Below, piece by piece: positions 11,220 to 22,435 of a stretch of DNA of 64,000 nucleotides. The position numbers and the translations under genes were made by a program. Positions within the stretch are counted from its first letter, which is position 1, and every line of letters starts with the position of its first letter. Source of the DNA: Octopus vulgaris (lineage: Eukaryota); the NCBI GenBank assembly GCA_951406725.2, contig OX597829.1, positions 7,750,001-7,814,000 on the forward strand. The letters run 5' to 3'. Under the pieces are notes generated by a model. That model made no database searches and was not told where the DNA came from. It was given only the letters and a program-made list of their open reading frames with translations.

Positions 11220-12819
11220 GCACGTATGCTTATAATAAGGAATAAAGTGGTAGCAGTGAGTGGGTTGAATATTATTGGAACGTAGTGAAATAGATACAGA
11301 TATATAAGTGCACACACGCATGCATGCATACGTGTGTGCGTGTGAGTGTAAAGAGAAAGAGTGGAATAAACAATTTCCTTTTTACTATACCTTCTGTTTA
11401 AGAATGAAAGACAATAATGGCAGGCTGTTCTGAATTTTGTCCAGGGCATGAATAGGGTGGGGCTTGGAGGGAAAGTGGGGGAGATAAGGTGCAGAATAAA
11501 TGGAGAACTGGGAATAAGGTGGTAGGTAGGTAGGTATGTAGGTAGGTAGGTAGGGAGGTAGGGAGGGAGGGGGTAGGGAGAGTGAGTGAGAGACAGACAG
11601 ACAGACAGACAGACAGAAAGACAGAGGTGACTAACTAGGCATCTAAAAAGTCTGTGTTCCAGATGCTTAGTTATTCAGATGTTCAAATTTCTTCAAAATT
11701 CTGTATTTATTAGCTGCCATTATAGCCACTGTACGAAATGCAGAAGTATTTTCTACATAGTTTTTTTATTTTTTTTATTTTTATACATATTTTCTTTCGT
11801 AATTTGTTTTTCTTACTCTTTTTTTTTTTTTTTTAATTCTTTGAATGGTTACATATTCTGACTACATAAGCAAACAGCAAACATTTCAGAAATCTCAATA
11901 AAACTCCCTCCCCACCACACTCATAGTTACTATTAAGAAGAAAAATAAAATGCGTTTGTCAAATTTCAAGACATTCTTTATTTGTTTATTTTTATAATCA
12001 TTAGTTTGTTTACTTGTTTGTTTATTATTAAGTAAATGCAGGGAATTTTCTGTTTAGCAATCTGCCAATGTTGTTTTGATGGTTAAGCACTGAATACCAG
12101 GAGGGAAAAATAAAGAAGAAAAAAAAAATGGGATGGAGAGAAAAATAAAATAGAGATGGAAGTTTAGGGGGTGGGGAGACATTTAATTCCAGCAAACATT
12201 TAACATTTTTCTTTGATTACACATTCAGTGAACTGGAACAAAATTTACCCTATATTTTTCCAAACATATTCAGAAAAATATATTTGAAAAGCAAAATTAA
12301 AATTTATTCCAAAGAATACAAATAAACTGACCAACAAACTTCAGTTCCTCTTATGTTTAAATACTAGCACTCATACAAACCAATACTATAATATATTCCA
12401 TTGTACATATTCACTAATATCATTTGTAATTCTGTTTTATCAAGCTGGCATTAGTCTAACAGATCTGCTGTATACTACAAAGCATTTCTGCTATTTGTCA
12501 TTTTATCTCTGAGACTCAACATTTTAAGATCTAAATCTGCCAGTTCTCCATAACTTCATTGTCAGTATATATAAATATGTAATATCATCATCATCACTAT
12601 TATCATTTTAGTGTCTGCTTTCCATGTAGGCATGGGTTAAATTCTCTGATTGGAACTGGTAAGAGCTGTACAAGATTCCAGTCTGATCTGACATGGTTTC
12701 TGTGACTGGATGTCCTTCCTAACACCAACCACTCCAAGAGTGTAGTGAGTGCCTTTTGTTTGCTAAATGTTCATACCATAACAATTACTTTTTCTGCATA
12801 TATCAACCAACTAATCATA

Positions 12820-13430
12820 CAGGGACCTTTGTAAAGTCACTTGATCTCTTAGAAATAATAGCTAGTTTATCTGAAATTAAACTCTATTCTTTTAAAATAC
12901 GAAGACCATACTGGATAATGAAATCCTAGAGATAGTCATAACTAGAATACTTTTAAGCAATGGTATACTTAATCAGAATTGAACTGGGATTAAACAACAT
13001 CCATGAGTGGGTGGCTTGCAAGTCACCTTCACCAGACAGTTAAGCTGAAACTTTGAGAAGGTGCCAGAATGCAGCAGAGATCAATGCTGCCATAACCACC
13101 TGGCAACAGCGACAAGCAAGTCACAACTCATGACTGTGCTCATCCCTGTCCATGTGGATATGCTTGTGCTTCTTGCCTTACTAAGAATCTTAGCTTTCAT
13201 TTAGGTGGTTTGAGTTTAATTACTGGTATGAAAAAAGGGTTTTATGAACTATGATAGGAGTGTCTATAAGGTCACTTGATACATTAGAAATAGCAATCAA
13301 ATTTCTCTAAAATTACACTTCCTTATCAGAGATAATATCTGTCAAAAAAAAAAAAAAAAGGGTGGTTATGGCTGCCATGCCCAGGGCCATGTTTTCTCAT
13401 TTAGAATTGGCCTGGGGTTATATAATAACA
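12820..13430 (+). repeat. two decayed copies of an old interspersed repeat family
   Basis: 'gtcacttga...tagaaatagca...aaatt...aattacac' motif ending 'ctggg..taaacaac'; further copies near 15190, 18290, 22130, 28905-29320, 35230, 35900, 42620 and 53300. Confidence 0.55.
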
Positions 13431-13674
13431 AATCTCTTTCCTACCAAGCTACTTTCTCTCATCCCTGATATTCAAGTAAATTAGTACCTCACATTCAATT
13501 CTGAGACACTCAAATGTCCATATATCCTTTGCTGCTAGATGACTTCTACTACCACAGCTGTAGTGATAGAAATAATAACAATAATTCTTTATCCCTGTAA
13601 GCATTTGAAAAGGAAGAAGGACATGAAAGTACAGTGGGCCAAGTCCCATGACTCACCTATGTTATTCTTACTGA

Positions 13675-14150
13675 CCAATACATACATCTAAAGCAGGAGT
13701 TCTCAACTATTTTTTACCTATGAAACCCTTTGATAACTATTCTATTCTGATGGGCCCCCTTAGCCATTTGATGTTTAAAACTAATTTCATAGAAACTTCT
13801 TGTATGTAAAATGTTAGAGAACTGTTTCTTGCAATACACACCAATACATACATCTAAAGCAGGGGTTCTCAACCATTTTTTATCTATGATAACTATTCTG
13901 TTCTGGTGGACCCCTTAGCCATTCAATGTTTAAAAACTAGTTTCATGGAAACTTCTTCCAAAATTCTTAATTCGTTTCTCACACATTAACTTGTGTCAGT
14001 TGAACGTCAAAGAAAGAAACTTTGCTGTTTCTTGTAATACATACCAATACGTACATATAAAGCAAAATTTATTCAGAAGCCCTTAAAATGCTATTGTGGA
14101 CACACAGTTTACTATTTTGTTGCATGAACCACCTGAGAATCACAGACCTA
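13675..14150 (+). mobile_element. hAT-like remnant with ~165-bp tandem duplication
   Basis: CAGGAGTTCTCAAC / CAGGGGTTCTCAAC (Charlie-type terminus) twice, each after 'ccaatacatacatctaaag'; third partial unit at ~14044. Confidence 0.55.
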
Positions 14151-14220
14151 AATTTTAAAATAATCTGAAAATTCAACACAAGCCCTGAACTTTAGCTGTG
14201 TCATTTACCAAATCTTTTAA

Positions 14221-14443
14221 CCCTTTTGTTGACCATAATTGTGTTGAGATGCTCTGTGTTTCCTTCAATTAATTTTAAATATAACAAAGTATTTAGTAAA
14301 ATAACTTAGTTATCATTAAGTTAGTGTTAGGAACATAAATTGTGACTAAGGCTTGGTGGAAGATTTTAATTCAATACTTAGGAAAACAAGACATTTGTAC
14401 TACAGAACCAGAACCAGTTTCAGCTAGGTTGGTAACGAAAGGG
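14221..14443 (+). mobile_element. 223-bp piggyBac-type MITE
   Basis: TTAA|CCCTTTTGTTGAC ... GTAACGAAAGGG|TTAA; same TIR type as the elements at 6348 and 8407; a degenerate copy also at ~55260-55402. Confidence 0.85.
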
Positions 14444-14464
14444 TTAATTATATACATATAACAC

Positions 14465-15035
14465 AAACATGACTGTATGGTTAAGTTTGCTTCACAACCA
14501 TGTGGTCTAGGATTCGATCCCACAGCGTGGCACCTTGAGCAGCAAATGTTTTTTACCTTAGTTCTCGATTCACCAAAGTCATGTTTAGTGGATTTGGCAC
14601 ATGGAAACTGAAAGAAGCCCATTAATTGTGTGTATATGTGTGTATGTATTTGCCTTTGTCCCCTATCACCACAGCTTGACAACTGTTGTTGGACTGTCTA
14701 TGCCCTTAGAACTTAGCAATTCAATAATAGAGACTGACAAATTAAGCACTCTCAATTCACCAAAGTCATGTTTAGTGGATTTGGCACATGGAAACTGAAA
14801 GAAGCCCATTAATTGTGTGTATATGTGTGTATGTATTTGCCTTTGTCCCCTATCACCACAGCTTGACAACTGTTGTTGGGCTGTCTATGCCCTTAGAACT
14901 TAGCAATTCAATAATAGAGACTGACAAATTAAGTACTTAAAAATAAGTACTGGCATTGATTTGTTTGGTTAAACCCTTTAAAGTCGTGCCCCAGAATGGC
15001 CACAGTCCAAAGACTGAAACAAGTAAAAGATGAAA
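14465..15035 (+). mobile_element. SINE family A with 187-bp internal tandem duplication
   Basis: 14564-14750 and 14751-14937 are nearly identical. Confidence 0.85.
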
Positions 15036-15889
15036 GAAGGTATGAAGTTTATTGACGTGAGTATACTGGTCATATGAATGCAATCTGTAACTTTAATACA
15101 GATTTGAAGAGAAACGTGCACATTAAACATTAGGGTTTAGAGCATGTTAACTTTCATTAAAAAAAAAAAAAGGAAATTAATACCAGCTGCATATACTAGA
15201 AATAGCAACTAAACCTGTCAAAAAATTGTATTCAATCATCTTTAAAAGAAAGCATATTCAAAAAGGTAACTCACTATGTCTGAAAAAGAAAATCACAAAG
15301 AAGTCACACCAGAAACACCTCGGTCATAAGTTAGCTGTGTCAGAACTAATACGAGATTGAGCAGGAAAAAAAGGAAGGATAAAACCAGAATCTCTGAGGG
15401 GTTAATAGCAATGCTACAGTTGATGCTGATACTTAAGTTTTTGGAAACAACGAAAGACATCTTATTCAAACTAGACACATCTAATTTCAAAGTAGTTCTT
15501 ACAAGCTATGATCACTCTCTTCCTCTTCTAATTGCAGTTCATTTCTTATGAAAATATTTATCTCAAACAAATTAAGAGAAAATAAATTAAAAAAAGGAAG
15601 CAAATAAATAGTGAAAAGAACAAAGAAATCAAAATTTGGTGGCAAGAGGGTGTAATATTGTTACAGAAAACCTTTCTTGATATATCTTTTTTTCTACCCA
15701 ACAGTTAGCAAGTAGGTTAAAAACACCCAAATTGTTACAATACTAATTGGTTTCAAAATTTTTTAATTAAATTCTTTTTAAATTACATTTTTTTTTGTGT
15801 GTGGGGGGGGGGGGGGTGCATTTTACGCTTCAATCAGAGTTTGAAAAGAAATATCTTCTAATTAAAAGAAACAGTAAAACTAGTTAGAA

Positions 15890-17210
15890 TCATCATCACC
15901 ATCATCATCATTTAACGTCTGCTTTCCATGCAGGCATGTGTTGAACAGCTTGGCAGGAGCTGGCCAGGCAGGAGCTAGCACTAGACTTCTGAGACTGTTT
16001 TGGCAGGATTTTTACATCTGGATGCCCTTCCTAACACCAACCACCCAGCAGAGTGGACTGAGTGCTTGTTACGTGGCTCAAGCAGTGCCAAGGTCAGTTT
16101 TGGCAAGGTTTTTACAGCTAGATGCCCTTCCAAACGCCAACTACTTTACAGTATCGATTGGATGCTTTTAACATGGCACCAACACTGGCAGGGTCATCAA
16201 GTAACTCGTAAGACAAAAATCCTTTGAAAGGGGAGAGGACGTTAGAGGAGGTGATTTTGTGTCAGATGACGAATGGTTATAGTGAGACAAAGAGGGACAG
16301 AGACAGGTGTCTTGCAGTGTAAAGAAAGTACAAGGTTACCCAGCCAGAGGGAGAGAGAGATCAGGGATTAAGACAGAAATAGGGGGGAATGCTATAAAGG
16401 AGATACATGTTTATTCAGCTTGAGGGAAGAGCAGGAAAAAGTGGGAGACAGCAAGAGTGCAAGAGAGAACAGGAGAGATATGGTGGCAAGTGCCAAGACA
16501 TACACTTGAGGTACAGAGGTATTAATATAAATGGCAGGAAGTGTATGTAGAGGGGGGAGGGGAATGCAGTGAGGGTGGGGCTACCAGATAGCACTGATAC
16601 AATGAACAAGGTCATGAAGACAGACCTGAAGAGTGAGTTTAATCCTCACCACTTCATCCCATGTCTTCCTGGGTCTCTCTCTTCCACAGGCACCACCCAC
16701 TTTCAGTGATCAGCACTTCTTTATACAGCTATCTTCATACACATGCATCACATCTCCAAACCAACATAGTCTTCTCTTTTGCATTTGATTCCTTTTATGT
16801 CCAACTTTTCTCTCAATACATTTCCACCTTGTCTTACATGCACACTGATGTTGCACATCCAATGGTGAATACTGCCTTCATTTCTCTCCAGTCTACGCAT
16901 GTCTTCTACATTCAGAGCCCATGTCTCACTTCCATGGAGTATAGCCATTTGTACACAACCATGATACAATCTAACCTTCACTCTGAGAGAGAGGGAGAGA
17001 GTCTTTTTGTTGCCAACAGAGGTAATAACTCTCTGAACTTCCTCCATCCTATTCTTATTCTAGAAACAATACATTCACAGCATTCTCCACAACTGCTAAT
17101 TTGGTCACCTAGGTAATAGAAACTATCTACATCTTCAAAACAGCCTCCAGGGAATTTGAGAGAGACTAAGTCCTGTGTGCTTTCAGTGCTTATTGTTCCT
17201 GCACTACTAC
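15890..17210 (-). mobile_element. 5'-truncated RTE-clade LINE (decayed)
   Basis: VDSFYYLGDQIS...RIRIGWRKFRELLPLL, LHGSETWAL; (GAT)n tail at 15890. Confidence 0.85.
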
Positions 17211-17644
17211 ACACATGCACATGCATATACACACAGAGTTATTAAATTCTCATAGAATAAAACTGTTTCATAATAAATATACCACTGACTTGGAATGAAT
17301 TGAATAGTCAGAAAACAAAGTTTTGTGAACTGGCCATTCACTGGACACTCATTATTTAATAATAGAGACGAAATCACAGGGTTGTTCGTATAATGCACAG
17401 AATCTCAAATGGTCTATATTCTGGCTCTTTGCATTCTGATGTCAAATCCTGCTCTGTCAAGTTTGCCCTTGATCATTTTAAGGATGATAATAAAAGTACA
17501 AGTCAAAATCAATGAAAAGATTGAATTTTTAGAGAGTCAGGTAGAATGCTTTGTGAGATTTGTTCCAACTCTTGGCATTCTGAGTTCAAATCCTAGTCTT
17601 TCCTTGCAACCCTGTTTAATCCCACCAAACTGGCCCTTGGGTAC

Positions 17645-17722
17645 CTCGAGTGGAGAGGTAGCAGTGTTGTGATCATGTGGATCAGATCTTCACTTTCCCC
17701 ACTTCTACATATCTCAGAAAAC
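17645..17722 (-). other. possible 78-nt exon
   Basis: tttctttacAG|GTTTTCTGAG...CTCGAG|GTACCC; one open frame (FSEICRSGESEDLIHMITTLLPLHS); weak donor, no recognised homology. Confidence 0.2.
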
Positions 17723-18351
17723 CTGTAAAGAAATATGGGCATTACACCTTCCTTTTGACTAAATGGGACGTGGATATATGAAATGAATACTTCAACTGAG
17801 AATTTATTTGGTTCTCTGGCTGTGTTTATTATTTCTTACAACATATCTAACCTTTTAATGTACAATATGTCAAGGACACATATCAACATCATGCACATTT
17901 TACTGTGCTCAGTACATTCTTTCCAGATCATGCAAACTGCAAGACCCATCTAACCCATGCCAGTCTGGAAGTCAAACAGACTTTTTATGATGGTGGTGGT
18001 GGTGGTGGTGGTGTAGGAAGAGCTATTGTATCTTAGAACAATGGCTTTCAAACAAACATAAGTGTTCATGTTTTGTCACTACATGTATCTACATTCATAC
18101 AAACATGTCTACAAGTATACATATACATACACAAGCATACACATTCACACATAAGATAACTCTACATACCTGTATGTATATATTTACAGCTGCATATATA
18201 GCTTTACACAGAATATATATCTGTGTGTGTGTGCGAACATGCATGAATACTACACATATAATGCAACTTGCCGAGGGTACCTGAGCTATCATAAATTGCA
18301 GCCCAATGTTCCTCAAATCACACAATACTGTCTTAAAAAAGATTGGCTAGT

Positions 18352-19556
18352 CATCATCGTTTAGCGTCCGCTTTCCATGCTAGCATGGGTTGGACGGTTC
18401 AAAAGGGGTCTGGGAAGACAGAAGGCTGCACCAGGCCCAGTCTGATCTGGCAATGTTTCTACGGCTGGATACCCTCCTAATGCCAACCACTCTGTGAGTG
18501 TAGTGGGTGCTTTTTACGTGCCACCGGCACAGGTGCCAAACGAGGCTGGCAAACGGCCACGATTGGATGGTGCTTTTTACGTGCCACCAGCGAGGCTGGC
18601 AACGGCCACGATCGGATGGTGCTTTTTACGTGTCACTGGCACAAGGCCAGTCAGGGCGGCGCTGACAACGGCCACATTCGGATGGTTCTCTCACGTACCA
18701 CCGGCACTGGTATCACAGCTGCAATTTCCATTGATCTTGATCAATTTCGATTTTGATTTGGATTTTCACTTGCCTCAACAGGTCTTCACAAGTAGAGTTT
18801 TGTGTCCCAAGAAGGAAAGGTATGCATAAGTGGACTGGCTACATCCCATGTAGAGGCCACGGGTTATGGTCTCACTTGTCCTGCAGGGTCTTCTCACACA
18901 CAGCATACTTCCAAAGGTCTCGGTCTCTGGTCATTTCCTCAGTGAGACCTAAAGTTCGAAGGTTGTGCTTCACCACCTTGTCCCAGGTTTTCCTGGGTCT
19001 GCCTCTTCCACAGGTTCCCTCAACTGCTAGGGTGTGGTACTTTTTCACACAACTATCTTCAGCCATTCTCGTCACATGACCATACCAGTGCAAACGTCTC
19101 TCTTGCACACCACAACTGATGCTTCTTAGGTCCAACTTCTCTCTCAAGGTACTTACACTCTGTCGAGTATGCACACTGACATTACACATCCATTGGAGCA
19201 TACTGGCTTCATTACTTGCGAGCTTGCACATATCCTCAGCAGTCACGGCCCATGTTTCACTGCCATGTAGCATGGCTGTTAGTACACACGCGTCATACAG
19301 TCTGCCTTTTACTCTGAGCGAGAGGACTTTTGTCACCAGCAGGAGTAAGAGCTCTTTGAACTTTGCCCAAGCTCTAGCAGTTACACTTTTAGCACACCCG
19401 CCCCCGCTACTGACTTGGTCACCTAGGTAACGGAAGCTATCAACTATTTCTAGTTTTTCTCCCTGGAATGTGGCAGAAGTTGGTCTCAGAGCATTTTCAG
19501 TGTTTATTGCTCCTGAGCATCTGCCACATACAAAAACTATCTCCCTAGTTAGCCTT
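18352..19556 (-). mobile_element. 5'-truncated RTE-clade LINE
   Basis: ORF 18872-19336 (KGRLYDACV...LHGSETWAV...RRLHWYGHV...GRGRPRKTW); 3'UTR minisatellite and (GAT)n tail. Confidence 0.9.
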
Positions 19557-20309
19557 CAGTAATAGCTGAAAAAGTTTGCATCAACCTATCAGGTGAGAGG
19601 CATCAGGTAAATGGAGCATTTTGTAGGCTATCTTCATGTTAGAATGCCATGCAAAAGCCACCAGGTAAATGTAGCACCATTGTTGATTGCCTTCATGTAG
19701 TATAATGTGTACGTCTCAACCCTTGAAGACTCATCCTTTTTCTTGAAAATACACATGGACCATGCAACAATACATATATACATCATACTTATACACACAT
19801 TTTCAAATGAACAATAAAATGTGTGTGTGTGTGTGTGTGCTTAAATTTCTGTTGACTCACTGTGAAGTAATGAATCATAGAACTCAATACATAAAAATAA
19901 AGTATTCGTTAATAAATTTTAATTAAATGAATCTAAATTGTCAGTATTCTGAGTTTATGCACACACATATATAAATGTGTGTTTGTGTGTATGTGTCCCC
20001 ACTCCTGCCTAGTCATTCAATCTGCTCTACATATTCACTACATCTCTGTCAAATCAAAACCTATCATTTTCAATGTAAGGAAAAAAAAAAAAAAAGAAGA
20101 AAACACAATGGATAACAGTGTCCTCAATACACAGGAGAGTCACTGCTGGAACAGCTTCATCATCGTAACTGCTAAGCGAGAACTTACTTTTTTATGTCAG
20201 TGGTTTGCTGTACAAACCACTGACATAAAAAAATAGTCACACATTACATTACACAATGAGAAGGGGAAAAAAAAAACAAGGCTCCAACACATATGCACCA
20301 CTTTTGTCA

Positions 20310-22097
20310 TATATAACAGGAGAAATACCTAGCCTAAGATAAACCCCTATTCTTGGCTTTTGTGGACTTGGAGAAAGCCTTTGACAGGGTCCCCCAATCC
20401 CATATCTGGTGGGTGATGCAGATACTAGGGATTGATGAATGGTTAATAAGGGCTGTACAGGCCCTATACTGAGATGCCATTAGTAAGGTTAGGGTTGGCA
20501 ATGAGTATAGTGAAGAATTCCAGGTAGAAGTAGGGGTCCACCAAGGATCAGCTCTCAGCCCACACTTATTCATCGTAGTCCTCCAGGCAATAACAGGGGA
20601 ATTCAAGACAGGTTGCCCCTGGGAACCCCTCTATGCTGATGACCTGGCCCTCATAGCAGAATCGCTACCAGAACTAGAAGAAATTTCAGGTGTGGAAGCA
20701 AGGTTTAGAATCAAAGGGCCTTCGAGTCAATGTCGCAAAAACCAAAGTCTTAGTAAGTAGGAAAGCGAACACATCACACAGCCCTGCAGGTAGATGGCCT
20801 TGCTTGATCTGTAGAAAAGCTGTAGGTAGAAACTCCATAAGATGTACCCAGTGTAAGCTATGGATACATAAGAGGTGCAGCAACATCAAAGGATTAACTG
20901 GGAAGATAGCTTTCGTACGCAGCAGATGCACAGGGGCAATAAACACCACAGATGCTCAGAAAACAGATTCCATCACATACCAGGGGGTGAAACTAGAAGT
21001 AATTGATAGCTTCTGCTACCTAGGCAACCACATTAGTAGTGGAGGTGGATGCTCAGAGAGCATTACTGCTAGAATAAGAATAGCCTGGGTAAAGTTTAGA
21101 AAGCTTCTACCACTACTGGTGACAAAAGGCCTCTCGCTCAGAGTGAAAGGTAGATTGTACGATGCATGAGCTGTGACTGCAGAGGACATGCGTAGGCTTG
21201 AAAGAAATGAAGCTTGCATGATCTACTGGATGTGTAATGTCAGTGTGCACACACGACAGAGTGTGAGTGCCCTGAGAGAAATGTTGGACATATGAAGCAT
21301 CGGATGTGGAATGCAGGAGAGACGTCTGTGCTGGTATGGTCATGTACTACAGATGGATGAGGAGAGATGTGTAAGGAAGTGCCGCTTCCAAACAATGGAA
21401 GGACCCATGGTAGAGGGAGAGCCAGGAAGATATGGGATGAGGTGGTCAAGTATGACCTTCAAACACTGGACCTCATGGAGGCAATGACGAAAGACTGAGA
21501 CATCTGGAGATATGCTGTGACTGAGAAAACCTGGCAAATAAAGTGAGATCACAGCTGTAGCCTACACCAGTGTCACATAACCAGCCAACTCAAAAAGTAC
21601 CCTTGGATCATAGGGCAACATGCCATGCTTGAGAAGACCTATTGAGTCAAGTACATCAAGATCAAGATCAAATCAAACCACAATCAAATGGAATTGTAGT
21701 TGTGGCTGATGCTAGCGCTGCCTGTCTGGCTTCCCATGCCAGTGACACGTAAAAAGCACCATCCAAACATGGTCAATGCCAGCCCCCTTGCCCTGACTGG
21801 CTCCTGTGCCAGTGGCACATAAAAAGCACCATCAGAGTATGGCTGATACCAGCCCCCTCTGGCTCCTGTGCCAGTGACATGTAAAAGCACCATCCAAACG
21901 GGTCGATGCCAGCCCCCTTTGGCCCCTGTGCCGGTGGCACATAAAAATCACCCTCTACACTTTCGAAGGGCATTCAGCTATAGAAACATTGCCAGATCAG
22001 ATTGGAGCCTGGTGCAGCATCCTGGTTTCCCAGACCCCAGTCGAACTGTCCAACCCATGGAAAATGGACATTAAACTATGATGATGATGATGATGAT
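20310..22097 (+). mobile_element. 5'-truncated RTE-clade LINE with RT motifs and PHD-like finger
   Basis: FVDLEKAFDRVP, GVHQGSALSP, LYADDL, CxxC-CxxC-HxxC finger, FCYLG; 3'UTR tandem units 21735-21955; (GAT)n tail. Confidence 0.92.
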
Positions 22098-22199
22098 ATG
22101 AACACATCAGACATGAATCAAATCAACCAGGAGATCTTGAGGCATACTGAAAATAACAGCTAAATCTCCTCCATATTATACATCGTTTTCATCATCAAC

Positions 22200-22435
22200 T
22201 GCTGGACATTACTGTCTTGACTGCTAGGACTCAATTACCAGGTTTCCACAGGGATAAGATGACCAAGGCCACAACATCCACCACTGAATGCCAGTCTGTC
22301 ACAGGCTAAACAGAATTACAGCCGAGTGAAATGGCACAACATGAAATGTTTTGCTCAAGAACAGAAGACAGCATCCAGTCCAGGAATCAATCTTAGTATC
22401 ATGAGTACAACATCCTAACCACTAGGCCACACACC
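22200..22435 (-). mobile_element. tRNA-derived SINE (decayed)
   Basis: Minus strand head 'gtgtggcctagtggttagg' (A box) and 'gttcttgagcaaaaca' core. Confidence 0.6.

Noticed and set aside
10230-11449. Long ORFs rich in YI/HT/CV/SL repeats (also 38441-38782, 43613-43912, 63093-63953)
   Set aside because: Translations of (TA)n, (CA)n and (GA)n microsatellites, not proteins
13650-13660. Strong minus-strand donor AG|GTGAGT
   Set aside because: The upstream sequence is a hAT-like repeat with no convincing acceptor or frame
16661-17116. 151-aa plus-strand ORF (and similar ORFs at 18753, 19119, 20334, 30840, 44771, 60695)
   Set aside because: Antisense shadows of LINE ORF2 fragments
21735-21955. 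CRISPR-like repeat-spacer array
   Set aside because: Units are degenerate tandem repeats in a LINE 3'UTR with non-unique spacers; eukaryotic context and no cas genes
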